Source: Candidatus Omnitrophota bacterium (GTDB taxonomy: Bacteria; Omnitrophota; Gorgyraeia; Duberdicusellales; 4484-171). From it: a stretch of 64,000 bases of DNA. Below are positions 18,947-27,757 of the stretch, one piece after another. The stretch lies in NCBI GenBank assembly GCA_043823745.1, contig JBDRAN010000006.1, forward strand, positions 40,176-104,175, given 5' to 3'. Under the pieces are notes generated by a model. That model made no database searches. It saw only the letters and a list, made by a program, of their open reading frames with translations, and was not told the DNA's origin. The position numbers were made by a program, and so were the translations under genes. How positions within the stretch are numbered: position 1 is the stretch's first letter; each line of letters starts with the position of its first letter.

Positions 18947-20197
18947 ATGAAATCTTACATCAAAACTCTCGTTACCAAAGCAAAAACCAATAGTTTTAAG
19001 CTCGCGCGCCTGGATACTGCCGCCAAAAATACTACCCTCGTGCGCATGGCGGAGTACATCCTGACGGAAAAAGATTATATTCTCAAAGAAAATAAAAAAG
19101 ACGTAACGGGAGCGCTGAAACGCAAATTACAGAAAAGCTTTATCGACCGGCTCACCTTAAACGAGGAACGACTCGATGAAATGGCAGCTTCACTGCGCGA
19201 TATCGCCACACTTCCTGATCCAGTTAATGCCACGATCGCCGACTGGCAACGGCCCAATGGCCTTCTCGTAAAAAAAATCCGCGTGCCTATCGGCGTTGTG
19301 CTCATTATTTATGAGGCACGGCCCAATGTTACCAGCGACTGCGTAGGGTTGCTCTTTAAATCATCAAACGTAGGCATCCTGCGTGGCGGAAGCGACGCCA
19401 TCGCTTCAAATACCGCTATCGCGAAAGTCTTAAACCGCGCGGTAAGAGCAAGCGGCTTCGACTTTGAGCCTTTTTTTGTGATCCAAAAAACAAGTTATGC
19501 AGTCACCACGGGCCTTCTTAAACAAAACGAATATATCGATATGGTTATACCCCGCGGCGGAGAAGCGCTGATACGTATGGTGGTAGCGCAATCACGTATC
19601 CCGGTTATTAAACACTATAAAGGAGTCTGTCACCTCTTCATCGACGCAGATGCAGATACCGCGCGCGCCTTAAAAATCTGTGTTAATGCCAAAGTCCAGC
19701 GGCCCGGGGTATGCAATGCAGTTGAAAAAATATTAGTGCATAAGGACTGTGCGGCAATCTTTTTGCCGCTTCTTAAAAAAGAATTCGACGCACACCATGT
19801 TATTATGCGCGGAGACGACGCGTCGCGCAAAATCATTAAAGGAATAAAGAAAGCGACCACGCACGATTGGCGGGCAGAATATCTTGACTTAATCGTCACG
19901 ATTAAAGTTGTAGCGAATGTCTCTGAAGCAATCGAACACATTAATCGGTACGGCTCGCATCATACCGATAGCATCATTACCAACAATCCCGCGCACGAGG
20001 CTCAATTCATCCGGGAGGTCGACTCTGCCTGTTGTTTCGCAAACATCTCAACACGCTTCTCCGACGGTCATCAGCTTGGCCTTGGCGCTGAAATCGGCAT
20101 CTCAACCGATAAACTCCATGCCCGCGGCCCGATGGGATTACAGGAACTAACCACGTATAAGTGGGTGGTGACCGGGGACGGACAAATTAGAGAATAA
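18947..20197 (+). CDS. proA: gamma-glutamyl phosphate reductase
   Basis: Aldehyde dehydrogenase-like GPR; 416 aa; operon partner of proB. Confidence 0.85.
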   Translation: MKSYIKTLVTKAKTNSFKLARLDTAAKNTTLVRMAEYILTEKDYILKENKKDVTGALKRKLQKSFIDRLTLNEERLDEMAASLRDIATLPDPVNATIADWQRPNGLLVKKIRVPIGVVLIIYEARPNVTSDCVGLLFKSSNVGILRGGSDAIASNTAIAKVLNRAVRASGFDFEPFFVIQKTSYAVTTGLLKQNEYIDMVIPRGGEALIRMVVAQSRIPVIKHYKGVCHLFIDADADTARALKICVNAKVQRPGVCNAVEKILVHKDCAAIFLPLLKKEFDAHHVIMRGDDASRKIIKGIKKATTHDWRAEYLDLIVTIKVVANVSEAIEHINRYGSHHTDSIITNNPAHEAQFIREVDSACCFANISTRFSDGHQLGLGAEIGISTDKLHARGPMGLQELTTYKWVVTGDGQIRE

Positions 20198-20316
20198 AAC
20201 AAGTCACAAGTCACCAGCACACAAATATAAATGAGCACCGGTACCATTTGTAATCTAGTAAATATTAGCGGAAATTAGCGCTTTTGATTCGCGATGATTA
20301 GCGTTATAACGAAATT

Positions 20317-20880
20317 ATGATGAAGATAGGTATACTCGGCGGAACCTTTAACCCACCGCACATCGGCCATTTGATTCTGGCACAGGAAGTTTACCAGAAG
20401 CTTAGCCTGGATAAGATTTTCTTTATCCCCACCAATATCCCGCCGCATAAAGAAAGCCATAACGTGACGGCACGTGATCGCCTGACTATGGTCAGACGGG
20501 TAATCGGGCGCGATAAGCGCTTTGCGGTGCTTGATCTAGAAATAAAACGAGGTGGGGTATCTTACACCATCGATACGGTCAGGGAACTTAAAAGGCTCTA
20601 TCCGCGCGCCACGTTTTTTCTTATTGTCGGCTCTGATTTAGCGCGTGATTTTCCCACGTGGAAGTATTTTGAAGGGCTTAAAAAAGCGGTGAGCATTGTC
20701 GTGGCAAAACGACGCGCCTATCCGCTTGAGGGAAAAACCAAATTTATTATCGTTGATATCGTACAGATGGGCATTTCATCTTCCTATATAAGAACCTTGA
20801 TAAAAAAGGGTTTTTCGATACAATATCTCGTTACCGAGAACGTCGCACGGTATATAGAGAAACGGAAATTGTATAAATGA
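20317..20880 (+). CDS. nadD: nicotinate-nucleotide adenylyltransferase
   Basis: GILGGTFNPPHIGH (H/T-x-G-H nucleotidyltransferase motif), …ISSSYIR. Confidence 0.85.
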   Translation: MMKIGILGGTFNPPHIGHLILAQEVYQKLSLDKIFFIPTNIPPHKESHNVTARDRLTMVRRVIGRDKRFAVLDLEIKRGGVSYTIDTVRELKRLYPRATFFLIVGSDLARDFPTWKYFEGLKKAVSIVVAKRRAYPLEGKTKFIIVDIVQMGISSSYIRTLIKKGFSIQYLVTENVARYIEKRKLYK

Positions 20881-20917
20881 GGCAGCATCTTTTTCCGAAC
20901 AACGTGAGAGAAAAAGT

Positions 20918-21046
20918 GCGTAGCCGAATTTACCCCGCCCTTTTCTCGGTGGATTTAACGTGCAGCGGTAAAGCATTGGTTAAAAGATAACTTATATTTT
21001 TAAAGTAACTAATTATCCCTCACCAAAAGGGCGGGGTTCAATTCGC
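20918..21046. repeat. IR-bounded ~130-nt promoter-proximal cassette, copy 1 (upstream of PGM/PMM)
   Basis: Left arm gcgtagccgaatttaccccgccctttt (20918-20945); right arm ccaaaagggcggggttcaattcgc (21023-21046); ~75 nt AT-rich core; followed by leader hairpin gtgatttttg…caaaaatcac and CTCATTGAAAAGGAG-ATG. Confidence 0.7.
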
Positions 21047-21105
21047 ACAGTGATTTTTGTGCACTGACGTTTCAAAAATCACGTGCTCATTGAAAAGGAG
21101 AAAAC

Positions 21106-22497
21106 ATGATTAAATTCGGTACTGACGGCTGGCGCGCGGTTATCGCGGAAGATTTTACGTTCGCAAACTTAAAAATTATTTCACAGGCAATCGCTGATTA
21201 TCTTAAAAAACAGCCCGGAAAAAATAAAAAAGTTGTTATCGGATATGATTGCCGCTTTCTTTCCGCTGAGTTCGCAAAAACCGTAGCCCTCGTTCTTGCG
21301 GCAAACAGAATCAAAGCAGTGCTTTCCGATAAACCGATCCCCACTCCCGCGGTCAGCCTTCACGCGCTGCATGGAAAATACGATCTTGGCGTCATGATCA
21401 CCGCCTCACACAACGGAGCCGAGTTTAACGGCCTTAAGATCAAAACAAAGGACGGCGGTGCGGCGGATAAAACGCTCACCGATGCGGTTGAACGCCTGCT
21501 CTATAAGACAAAACCGAAAATCGCGAATGAGGAAGAAGCCCGGAAACAAAAGCTTTTTTCCATACAAGATCTCTCCCAGTTCTATATTGATTTCTTTAAA
21601 ACCTTCGTCGACGTCGGGGCGATAAAGAAACTTAAACTTAACATCTTAATCGACACCATGTACGGCGCGGGAGATCATTTTATCGCTAACGTTTTAGGCG
21701 AATGCGGAATTAACCTGCATTACTTACACAACGAATTTAACCCTTCCTTCGGCGGATTGCACCCTGAACCGATCGAACCGTATTTAGAAGAAATGACGGC
21801 GGCAATGAAAAGCGGAACGTATGATTTAGGGATTGTGCTTGACGGGGACGCCGACCGCATCGCTACCTTTGACAGCAAAGGCACCTATATCAATGCACAA
21901 ATACTCCTTCCGCTCCTGTGCATCCACATGAATAAAAACAGAAATGAAAAGGGGGGTATCGGAAAGACCGTGGTTGGCAGCAACATCATTGATTCGGTCG
22001 CGCTGGCCCTCGGGGTTGCTTGCTACGAGACGCCGGTCGGATTCAAATATATCTCAAGCCTCTTTAAGCAGAATCTTATTTCTGTGGGAGGAGAGGAAGC
22101 CGGCGGCATTGGCTTTCACGGTTATATCCCTGAACGCGATGGCTCAATGAGCGCACTCCTGTTACTTGAAATGCTTGCCTGTGAACAAAAAAGCTTTGAT
22201 GCGCTCCTTGGTGAGCTCTTTCGGAACTACGGCCGCTGGTACTACAGCCGCGCCTCGATACCCGTTAAAAGCGTCAGAAAAAGCGTCAACGACATGAAGT
22301 TGCCGGCAAAACTCCTCGGTAAACCCGTTGAACGCGTCAACACGCTCGACGGAGTTAAGCTGATCACCAAGGATAACTGGCTGATGTTTCGTCAGTCCGG
22401 CACCGAACCGATTGTACGCGTCTACGCGGAAAGTCAGAGCAAAAAAGAAGCGGACGCGCTCCTGGCGCTGGGCAAGAAAATGATCTATGCTCTATGA
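21106..22497 (+). CDS. phosphoglucomutase/phosphomannomutase family protein
   Basis: Active-site loop TASHNGAEFNGLKI, four-domain alpha-D-phosphohexomutase layout; 463 aa. Confidence 0.8.
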   Translation: MIKFGTDGWRAVIAEDFTFANLKIISQAIADYLKKQPGKNKKVVIGYDCRFLSAEFAKTVALVLAANRIKAVLSDKPIPTPAVSLHALHGKYDLGVMITASHNGAEFNGLKIKTKDGGAADKTLTDAVERLLYKTKPKIANEEEARKQKLFSIQDLSQFYIDFFKTFVDVGAIKKLKLNILIDTMYGAGDHFIANVLGECGINLHYLHNEFNPSFGGLHPEPIEPYLEEMTAAMKSGTYDLGIVLDGDADRIATFDSKGTYINAQILLPLLCIHMNKNRNEKGGIGKTVVGSNIIDSVALALGVACYETPVGFKYISSLFKQNLISVGGEEAGGIGFHGYIPERDGSMSALLLLEMLACEQKSFDALLGELFRNYGRWYYSRASIPVKSVRKSVNDMKLPAKLLGKPVERVNTLDGVKLITKDNWLMFRQSGTEPIVRVYAESQSKKEADALLALGKKMIYAL

Positions 22498-23077
22498 ATT
22501 CTGCAAAGCCTTAGGTTTTTTGCTGCTCAAGGTTTTTTACGGACTCTCCATACGCAATAACGGCGTATTTCCCAAGCGCGGGCCGTTCATCCTTGCCTCA
22601 AACCACGAAAGCAATGTTGACCCGGTAGTCCTGGGGGTCGCCTGCCCCCGGCAGCTCTATTATCTTGCCAAGGCGGAGCTCTTTCGAAACAAGCTTTTCG
22701 GAGCCTTCCTTAAAAAGATCAATGTTCTCCCTCTTCACCGCAACACAAGCGACATACGCATGGTACGCACGGCGCTCTCATTACTTGAAACCAAACCGAT
22801 CGCCCTTTTTCCCCAAGGAACACGGGGAGGGAGCTTCAACGCCTCTAAACCCGGGGTGGGGTTTCTCCACCGTAAAACCGGCGTTCCGGTAATCGCAGCA
22901 TACGTACGCGGGACCGACACCATACTACCCAAAGGCGCAACACGCCTACGTAAAGGCACGATATGCGTTACGTTTAGCCTGGTAACCGACATCTCTCCCG
23001 AAGCGAGCAGCGAAGAAGCTACCCAGAAAGTGATCGATGCAATCAAAAATCTCGAGGATTCGAAATGCCATCCCTAG
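22487..23077 (+). CDS. plsC: 1-acyl-sn-glycerol-3-phosphate acyltransferase
   Basis: HX4D motif (NHESNVDP), FPQGTR motif; 196 aa. Confidence 0.75.
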   Translation: MLYEFCKALGFLLLKVFYGLSIRNNGVFPKRGPFILASNHESNVDPVVLGVACPRQLYYLAKAELFRNKLFGAFLKKINVLPLHRNTSDIRMVRTALSLLETKPIALFPQGTRGGSFNASKPGVGFLHRKTGVPVIAAYVRGTDTILPKGATRLRKGTICVTFSLVTDISPEASSEEATQKVIDAIKNLEDSKCHP

Positions 23078-23089
23078 ATTTGTTTTTTA

Positions 23090-23118
23090 TTGACAAAGAT
23101 TATAATTTAAGCGATAAT
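23090..23118 (+). promoter_or_regulatory. sigma70-like promoter for rpsA
   Basis: TTGACA (23090-23095), 17-nt spacer, GATAAT (23113-23118). Confidence 0.45.
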
Positions 23119-23254
23119 TGGGCAGTTTCGTGGTTACTGTGTCTGTTGCTTAAAGACACCTCGCAACAAAATACCGCACACTACCACGGTAAGTACAATC
23201 TACGCCGAATATAACCGGCGCGCGATGAAAATCTTGTAAGGAGGATTTTTACTA

Positions 23255-24823
23255 ATGGCTGATGTATCTACGGAATTACAAAATGCGTATTTCAATTCTA
23301 TCAAGGAATTAAAAGAGGGCGAAATCATCAAGGGTAAGATTTTAAGCGTCACCCCCAACGAAGTGATTATCGATGTGGGGTATAAGGCTGAGGGAATACT
23401 CCTGCGTGAAGAATTTGAAGGGTTTGACATTGAAAATACCCAAGAAATCGACGTCTACGTTGAAAATGTAGAGGATGAGGAAGGAAAAATAATTCTTTCT
23501 TTTAAGAAAGCGCGCGAAACCAAAGGCTGGCAGAATCTTGCCAACAACTTCAATGAAGGTGATCTGGTTGAAGGAATACTCACGCGCAAGGTAAAGGGCG
23601 GCTACATGGTAAGTGTCTTCGGTGTAGAAGGGTTCCTGCCACAGAGCTTATCTTCATTCCGTAATGTTAGCGACGAAGAGATTATGGGCAAGAAATTCCA
23701 TTTCCAGATCGTAAAGATGAGCCGCGCCAAAGAAAATTTCATCCTCTCCCGTAAAGACGCGCTTAAAATCGAAAAAGAGCTTTCCCGCAAGAAAGTCTGG
23801 GAAGAAATAACTATCGGGAAACTCATGAAAGGCAAGGTAAAAAGCATCGCCAATTTCGGTGCGTTTATCGATCTGGGCGGCGTTGACGGCCTTCTGCATA
23901 TCGCCGATATGAGCTGGAGGAAAATTTCGCACCCCTCCGAAGTAGTGGCCGTAGGAGATGAGATTAACGTTCTCATTCTTAATTTTGACCGCGAAAAGAG
24001 TAAAATATCGCTGGGATTAAAACAGACCACACCGGACCCCTGGAAGGAAATAGGCCAAAAGTATCTTGCCGGTTCCATCGTCAAGGGACGTATCACCAAT
24101 ATCCAGAATTATGGCATTTTTGTTGAACTGGAAAAAGGCATTGAGGGGCTTGTGCATATCAGCGAGATTTCCTGGACCAAGAAGTTTATCAACCTGCATG
24201 AAACCTACGCCATCGGCGATGCTATTGAAACAAAAATTATCGGCGTTGACGCGGCAGAACGCAAAATTTCACTCAGCATCAAACACCTGGAGCGTGACCC
24301 GTGGGAGGATGTCGAAAATCTTGTTGTAATTGACACCTCAACCAAAGGTAAAATTGCAAGTTACGGCGAGGGCTGTGCCTACATGGAGCTTGAAAACGGC
24401 CTCGAGGGTATCGTCTATAATGAAGATATCTCGTGGACCAAACGCGTAACACGCGCACAAGAAATATTGAAGCGTGCGCATACCTATGACGTTAAGATCC
24501 TGGGTATTGACCGTACCAATCGAAAGGTGATCCTCGGCATGAAGCAACTTAAAGATGATCCCTGGCCGCAGCTTTTAGGCAAATACCAAGTCGGCAATGT
24601 TCTTGTGGGCGAAGTAGTCAAGGTCACCAACTTCGGCGTCTTCGTCAAGCTCGAAGAGGAACTTGAGGGGCTGGTCTTCTCCGGAGAAATAGATAAGGAA
24701 ACTGCTGAAAAATTGAAGCCTAAGGATACGCTTACCGTAAAAATCATCAAAATCGACGCGGGAGCGGCGAAAATCGGACTTTCGGCGAAAATAGATGAAA
24801 AGTCAGATACAGCGGCATCTTGA
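23255..24823 (+). CDS. rpsA: 30S ribosomal protein S1
   Basis: Multiple S1 domains (six, by eye); RBS GGAGG upstream; 522 aa. Confidence 0.85.
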   Translation: MADVSTELQNAYFNSIKELKEGEIIKGKILSVTPNEVIIDVGYKAEGILLREEFEGFDIENTQEIDVYVENVEDEEGKIILSFKKARETKGWQNLANNFNEGDLVEGILTRKVKGGYMVSVFGVEGFLPQSLSSFRNVSDEEIMGKKFHFQIVKMSRAKENFILSRKDALKIEKELSRKKVWEEITIGKLMKGKVKSIANFGAFIDLGGVDGLLHIADMSWRKISHPSEVVAVGDEINVLILNFDREKSKISLGLKQTTPDPWKEIGQKYLAGSIVKGRITNIQNYGIFVELEKGIEGLVHISEISWTKKFINLHETYAIGDAIETKIIGVDAAERKISLSIKHLERDPWEDVENLVVIDTSTKGKIASYGEGCAYMELENGLEGIVYNEDISWTKRVTRAQEILKRAHTYDVKILGIDRTNRKVILGMKQLKDDPWPQLLGKYQVGNVLVGEVVKVTNFGVFVKLEEELEGLVFSGEIDKETAEKLKPKDTLTVKIIKIDAGAAKIGLSAKIDEKSDTAAS

Positions 24824-25991
24824 TGTTTTGCGCGAAAATGCCGTCGACGTAGTCTCGGAAGATGAGCTTCGTGTTAAGCTCGAAAATTCTCTTCTTACCA
24901 ATACCCCCCTTAAACTTAAAATCGGCTTTGACCCCACGGCGCGCGATATTCATTTAGGCCATACGGTCCTCTTGCGTAAACTGCGCAAGCTACAGGATCT
25001 CGGCCATTTTGTCTATCTTGTCATCGGTGATTTTACGGCAAAAATAGGGGACCCCTCCGGACGAAATAGCCTGCGCCCGATTTTAAGCGACGACGAGATC
25101 AGGGAAAACGCCACCACCTACACCGAACAAGCTTTTAAGATTCTTGACGAAGGAAAAACAAAAATTATTTACAATAGCATTTGGTATAAACAGATTAAGC
25201 TTTCCTCATTCCTGAGCATCCTTTCTTCCTATACGGTGGCGCGGGTGCTCGAGCGTGAAGATTTTTCGCAGCGCATCAAAGAGAACCGTCCCCTCACCTT
25301 ACTTGAAATCATCTATCCTTTAATCCAGGGGTACGATTCCGTAATGCTTGAGGCGGATATCGAGTTTGGCGGCACCGATCAAAAATTTAACCTCATTGTG
25401 GGAAGACACTTACAGGAGGTTTTCAACCAGAAACCGCAAGGGGTCGTCACGATGCCTCTCTTAGTCGGCCTTGACGGGAAAAATAAAATGTCAAAGTCGC
25501 TGGGTAACTATATCGGCGTAACCGATGAACCGCAGGCGATGTTCGGAAAAGTTATGAGCATCAACGATGAGGTGATGTGGGAATATTTTAGACTCTTAAC
25601 CGACGCGCATATTCCGCAGATGAAAACGCTGCATCCTAAGGAAGCGAAATTACAACTGGCCCAAACAATCGTTTCTTTTTACGCCGGTATTGAGGCGGGA
25701 AGAAAAGCGCGGGATGAATTTGAACGTGTTTTTTCGCACCGTGAACTTCCTGGTGATATCACCACGATTTGTGCCGAACACGGGACTGTCGACTTACTGG
25801 ATATTCTTATGCGCGCGGGAATGGTATCCTCTAAAAACGAAGCGCGACGGTTACTTTCTCAAGGGGGGATCTCGGCGATCAGCGAGCAAAACCCGACCGA
25901 GAGCCTGACCATCACGGAACAGTCCTTGACGATACCCTCCGGTGGAGTTATCCTAAAAATAGGGAAGAAGAAATTTCTCAAAATTCAATAG
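24795..25991 (+). CDS. tyrS: tyrosyl-tRNA synthetase
   Basis: HIGH-type motif (DIHLGH), KMSKS, C-terminal S4-like domain; start overlaps rpsA 3' end by 29 nt. Confidence 0.85.
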   Translation: MKSQIQRHLDVLRENAVDVVSEDELRVKLENSLLTNTPLKLKIGFDPTARDIHLGHTVLLRKLRKLQDLGHFVYLVIGDFTAKIGDPSGRNSLRPILSDDEIRENATTYTEQAFKILDEGKTKIIYNSIWYKQIKLSSFLSILSSYTVARVLEREDFSQRIKENRPLTLLEIIYPLIQGYDSVMLEADIEFGGTDQKFNLIVGRHLQEVFNQKPQGVVTMPLLVGLDGKNKMSKSLGNYIGVTDEPQAMFGKVMSINDEVMWEYFRLLTDAHIPQMKTLHPKEAKLQLAQTIVSFYAGIEAGRKARDEFERVFSHRELPGDITTICAEHGTVDLLDILMRAGMVSSKNEARRLLSQGGISAISEQNPTESLTITEQSLTIPSGGVILKIGKKKFLKIQ

Positions 25992-25994
25992 CCA

Positions 25995-26396
25995 ATGCAG
26001 GAACCATTTTACGAATCATTCGAAGAACGCAGAAAATTCAAACGAATTCCGGTTAATTTTATCGTTACCTATAGACCAAAAGAACCGGCGAAACTTAAAA
26101 TGTTGGTCGCGGAAGAAGAGATCAGGGCGGCAATGCTTGATTTAAGCGAAAGAGGCATGGCCCTTCTGACTGCATATGATATCCCGGTCGGAAGCCTTCT
26201 CTTAATCGAGTTTACCTTTATTGACACCAGCGTCCCCCAGGAAAATCTTCTGCATACCATGAAAATTTTAGGTGAAGTCCGTTATAATGCCCTCCAGGAT
26301 GCCCGCGCCCATCGTCTTGGGATCCAATTTACCGAAATCAGCGAAAACGATAAATACATCATCTCTATTTTCTGCCGCAAAGCAACACTGAAATAA
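25995..26396 (+). CDS. PilZ domain protein
   Basis: RxxxR (RRKFKRIP) and DxSxxG (DLSERGMAL) c-di-GMP-binding motifs; 133 aa. Confidence 0.6.
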   Translation: MQEPFYESFEERRKFKRIPVNFIVTYRPKEPAKLKMLVAEEEIRAAMLDLSERGMALLTAYDIPVGSLLLIEFTFIDTSVPQENLLHTMKILGEVRYNALQDARAHRLGIQFTEISENDKYIISIFCRKATLK

Positions 26397-26501
26397 CCCG
26401 CCGCGGGCTTATAAAAATAAAATTATTCGCGTGGCACCGCACGATTAAAAATCATAATAGAATCAATACGATTCGTGTGCCCTCCGGGTGGTACAAACAT
26501 C

Positions 26502-26529
26502 TTGCAATTTGATTTGCCATTGTTATAAT
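26502..26529 (+). promoter_or_regulatory. sigma70-like promoter upstream of first GalT-like gene
   Basis: TTGCAA (26502-26507), 16-nt spacer, TATAAT (26524-26529). Confidence 0.4.
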
Positions 26530-26582
26530 AATGCAACTATGGGACGGGCGGTTTCCAGGCTCGCCGTTAACCATCGATTATC

Positions 26583-27590
26583 ATGCCTCAATTACGTAAA
26601 GACCCTATCTTAGGACGTTGGGTTATCATTGCCACCGAGCGGGCCAAAAGACCAAAAGATTTTAGCCACGCTCGTTCTTCGCCGCCCGAGAAAGAATGCC
26701 CTTTTTGTCGCGGCAAGGAAGCAATGACCCCACCTGAAATTTATTCCGTTAAAGACGCTCGGGGCGAGTGGCGCGTGCGCGTGATCCCGAGTAAAAAACC
26801 CTTTGTCGGAAGCGAGGAAGAACTCTGGAAAAAAGGCAAGGGTCCCTACGACTTTATTAATGCCGTGGGAAACCACGAAGTTATCATCGAAAGCCCCGAT
26901 CACATCGACAATATTGCCGACCTTAATGAAAACCAGATTAAGGATGTTCTTTTCACCTACTGCAAACGCTTTCGCGAAATAGAAAAAGATAATCGCATCA
27001 AGTCAATTCTTGTTTTCAAAAACTACGGGTGGGACGCCGGAGGGGGTCGCGTCAAACATTCGCGTTCTCAGCTCATCTCGACGCCGGTTAATTTAAGACG
27101 CGTAAAAGAAGAGCTTGAGGGCAGCAAACACTACTATGACTCCCATGAACGATGTATCTTCTGCGATCTCATCCAGCAAGAGCTGGCAAGCGGAGAACGC
27201 GTGGTTCTCGACGAAGACGGGTTCATCGTACTCTCGCCCTTTGCGTCACGCTTTCCTTTTGAACTCTGGATACTGCCGAAAAAACATTCACCTGATTTCT
27301 ACAAAATCAGTGAAGATCAAGTCTGGGGCTTGTCACGCGTCCTGAAAAAGACACTTCTTAAAATAAAAATTTTGCTTAACGACCCGCAGTATAATTATGT
27401 TATCCATACCGCTCCGTTTCGCCGGGCGTATCCGGGATACTGGTCAACAATCGAAGAAGATTACCATTGGCATTTTGAGATTACGCCTTATCTAACAAAA
27501 GTAGCCGGTTTTGAATGGGGGAGTGGATTTTATATCTGCCCGACGCTACCGGAAGAAGCAGCGAAGTTTTTGAAAGAAACGAATGTGTAG
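26583..27590 (+). CDS. GalT-family (galactose-1-phosphate uridylyltransferase-like, HIT superfamily) paralog 1; nucleophilic His replaced by Arg (HSRSQ)
   Basis: DPILGRWVIIATERAKRP N-terminus, CPFC zinc knuckle, HEVIIESPDH; active-site pentad reads H-S-R-S-Q instead of H-x-H-x-Q. Confidence 0.7.
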   Translation: MPQLRKDPILGRWVIIATERAKRPKDFSHARSSPPEKECPFCRGKEAMTPPEIYSVKDARGEWRVRVIPSKKPFVGSEEELWKKGKGPYDFINAVGNHEVIIESPDHIDNIADLNENQIKDVLFTYCKRFREIEKDNRIKSILVFKNYGWDAGGGRVKHSRSQLISTPVNLRRVKEELEGSKHYYDSHERCIFCDLIQQELASGERVVLDEDGFIVLSPFASRFPFELWILPKKHSPDFYKISEDQVWGLSRVLKKTLLKIKILLNDPQYNYVIHTAPFRRAYPGYWSTIEEDYHWHFEITPYLTKVAGFEWGSGFYICPTLPEEAAKFLKETNV

Positions 27591-27757
27591 CCTGGCTTCA
27601 AGCTACAAGCCGCAAGCTCTTGGAATCATTACCCAAAGCCTGCAGCCTGTCCCGTTTCCTATAATATTTTATTAAGGTGCGGGACGCCCCGAACCTTAGT
27701 ATAATTATTAAGGGTAACGGGGCTGGAGCGTGCAGCAATAATACTTAATAATAAAAC

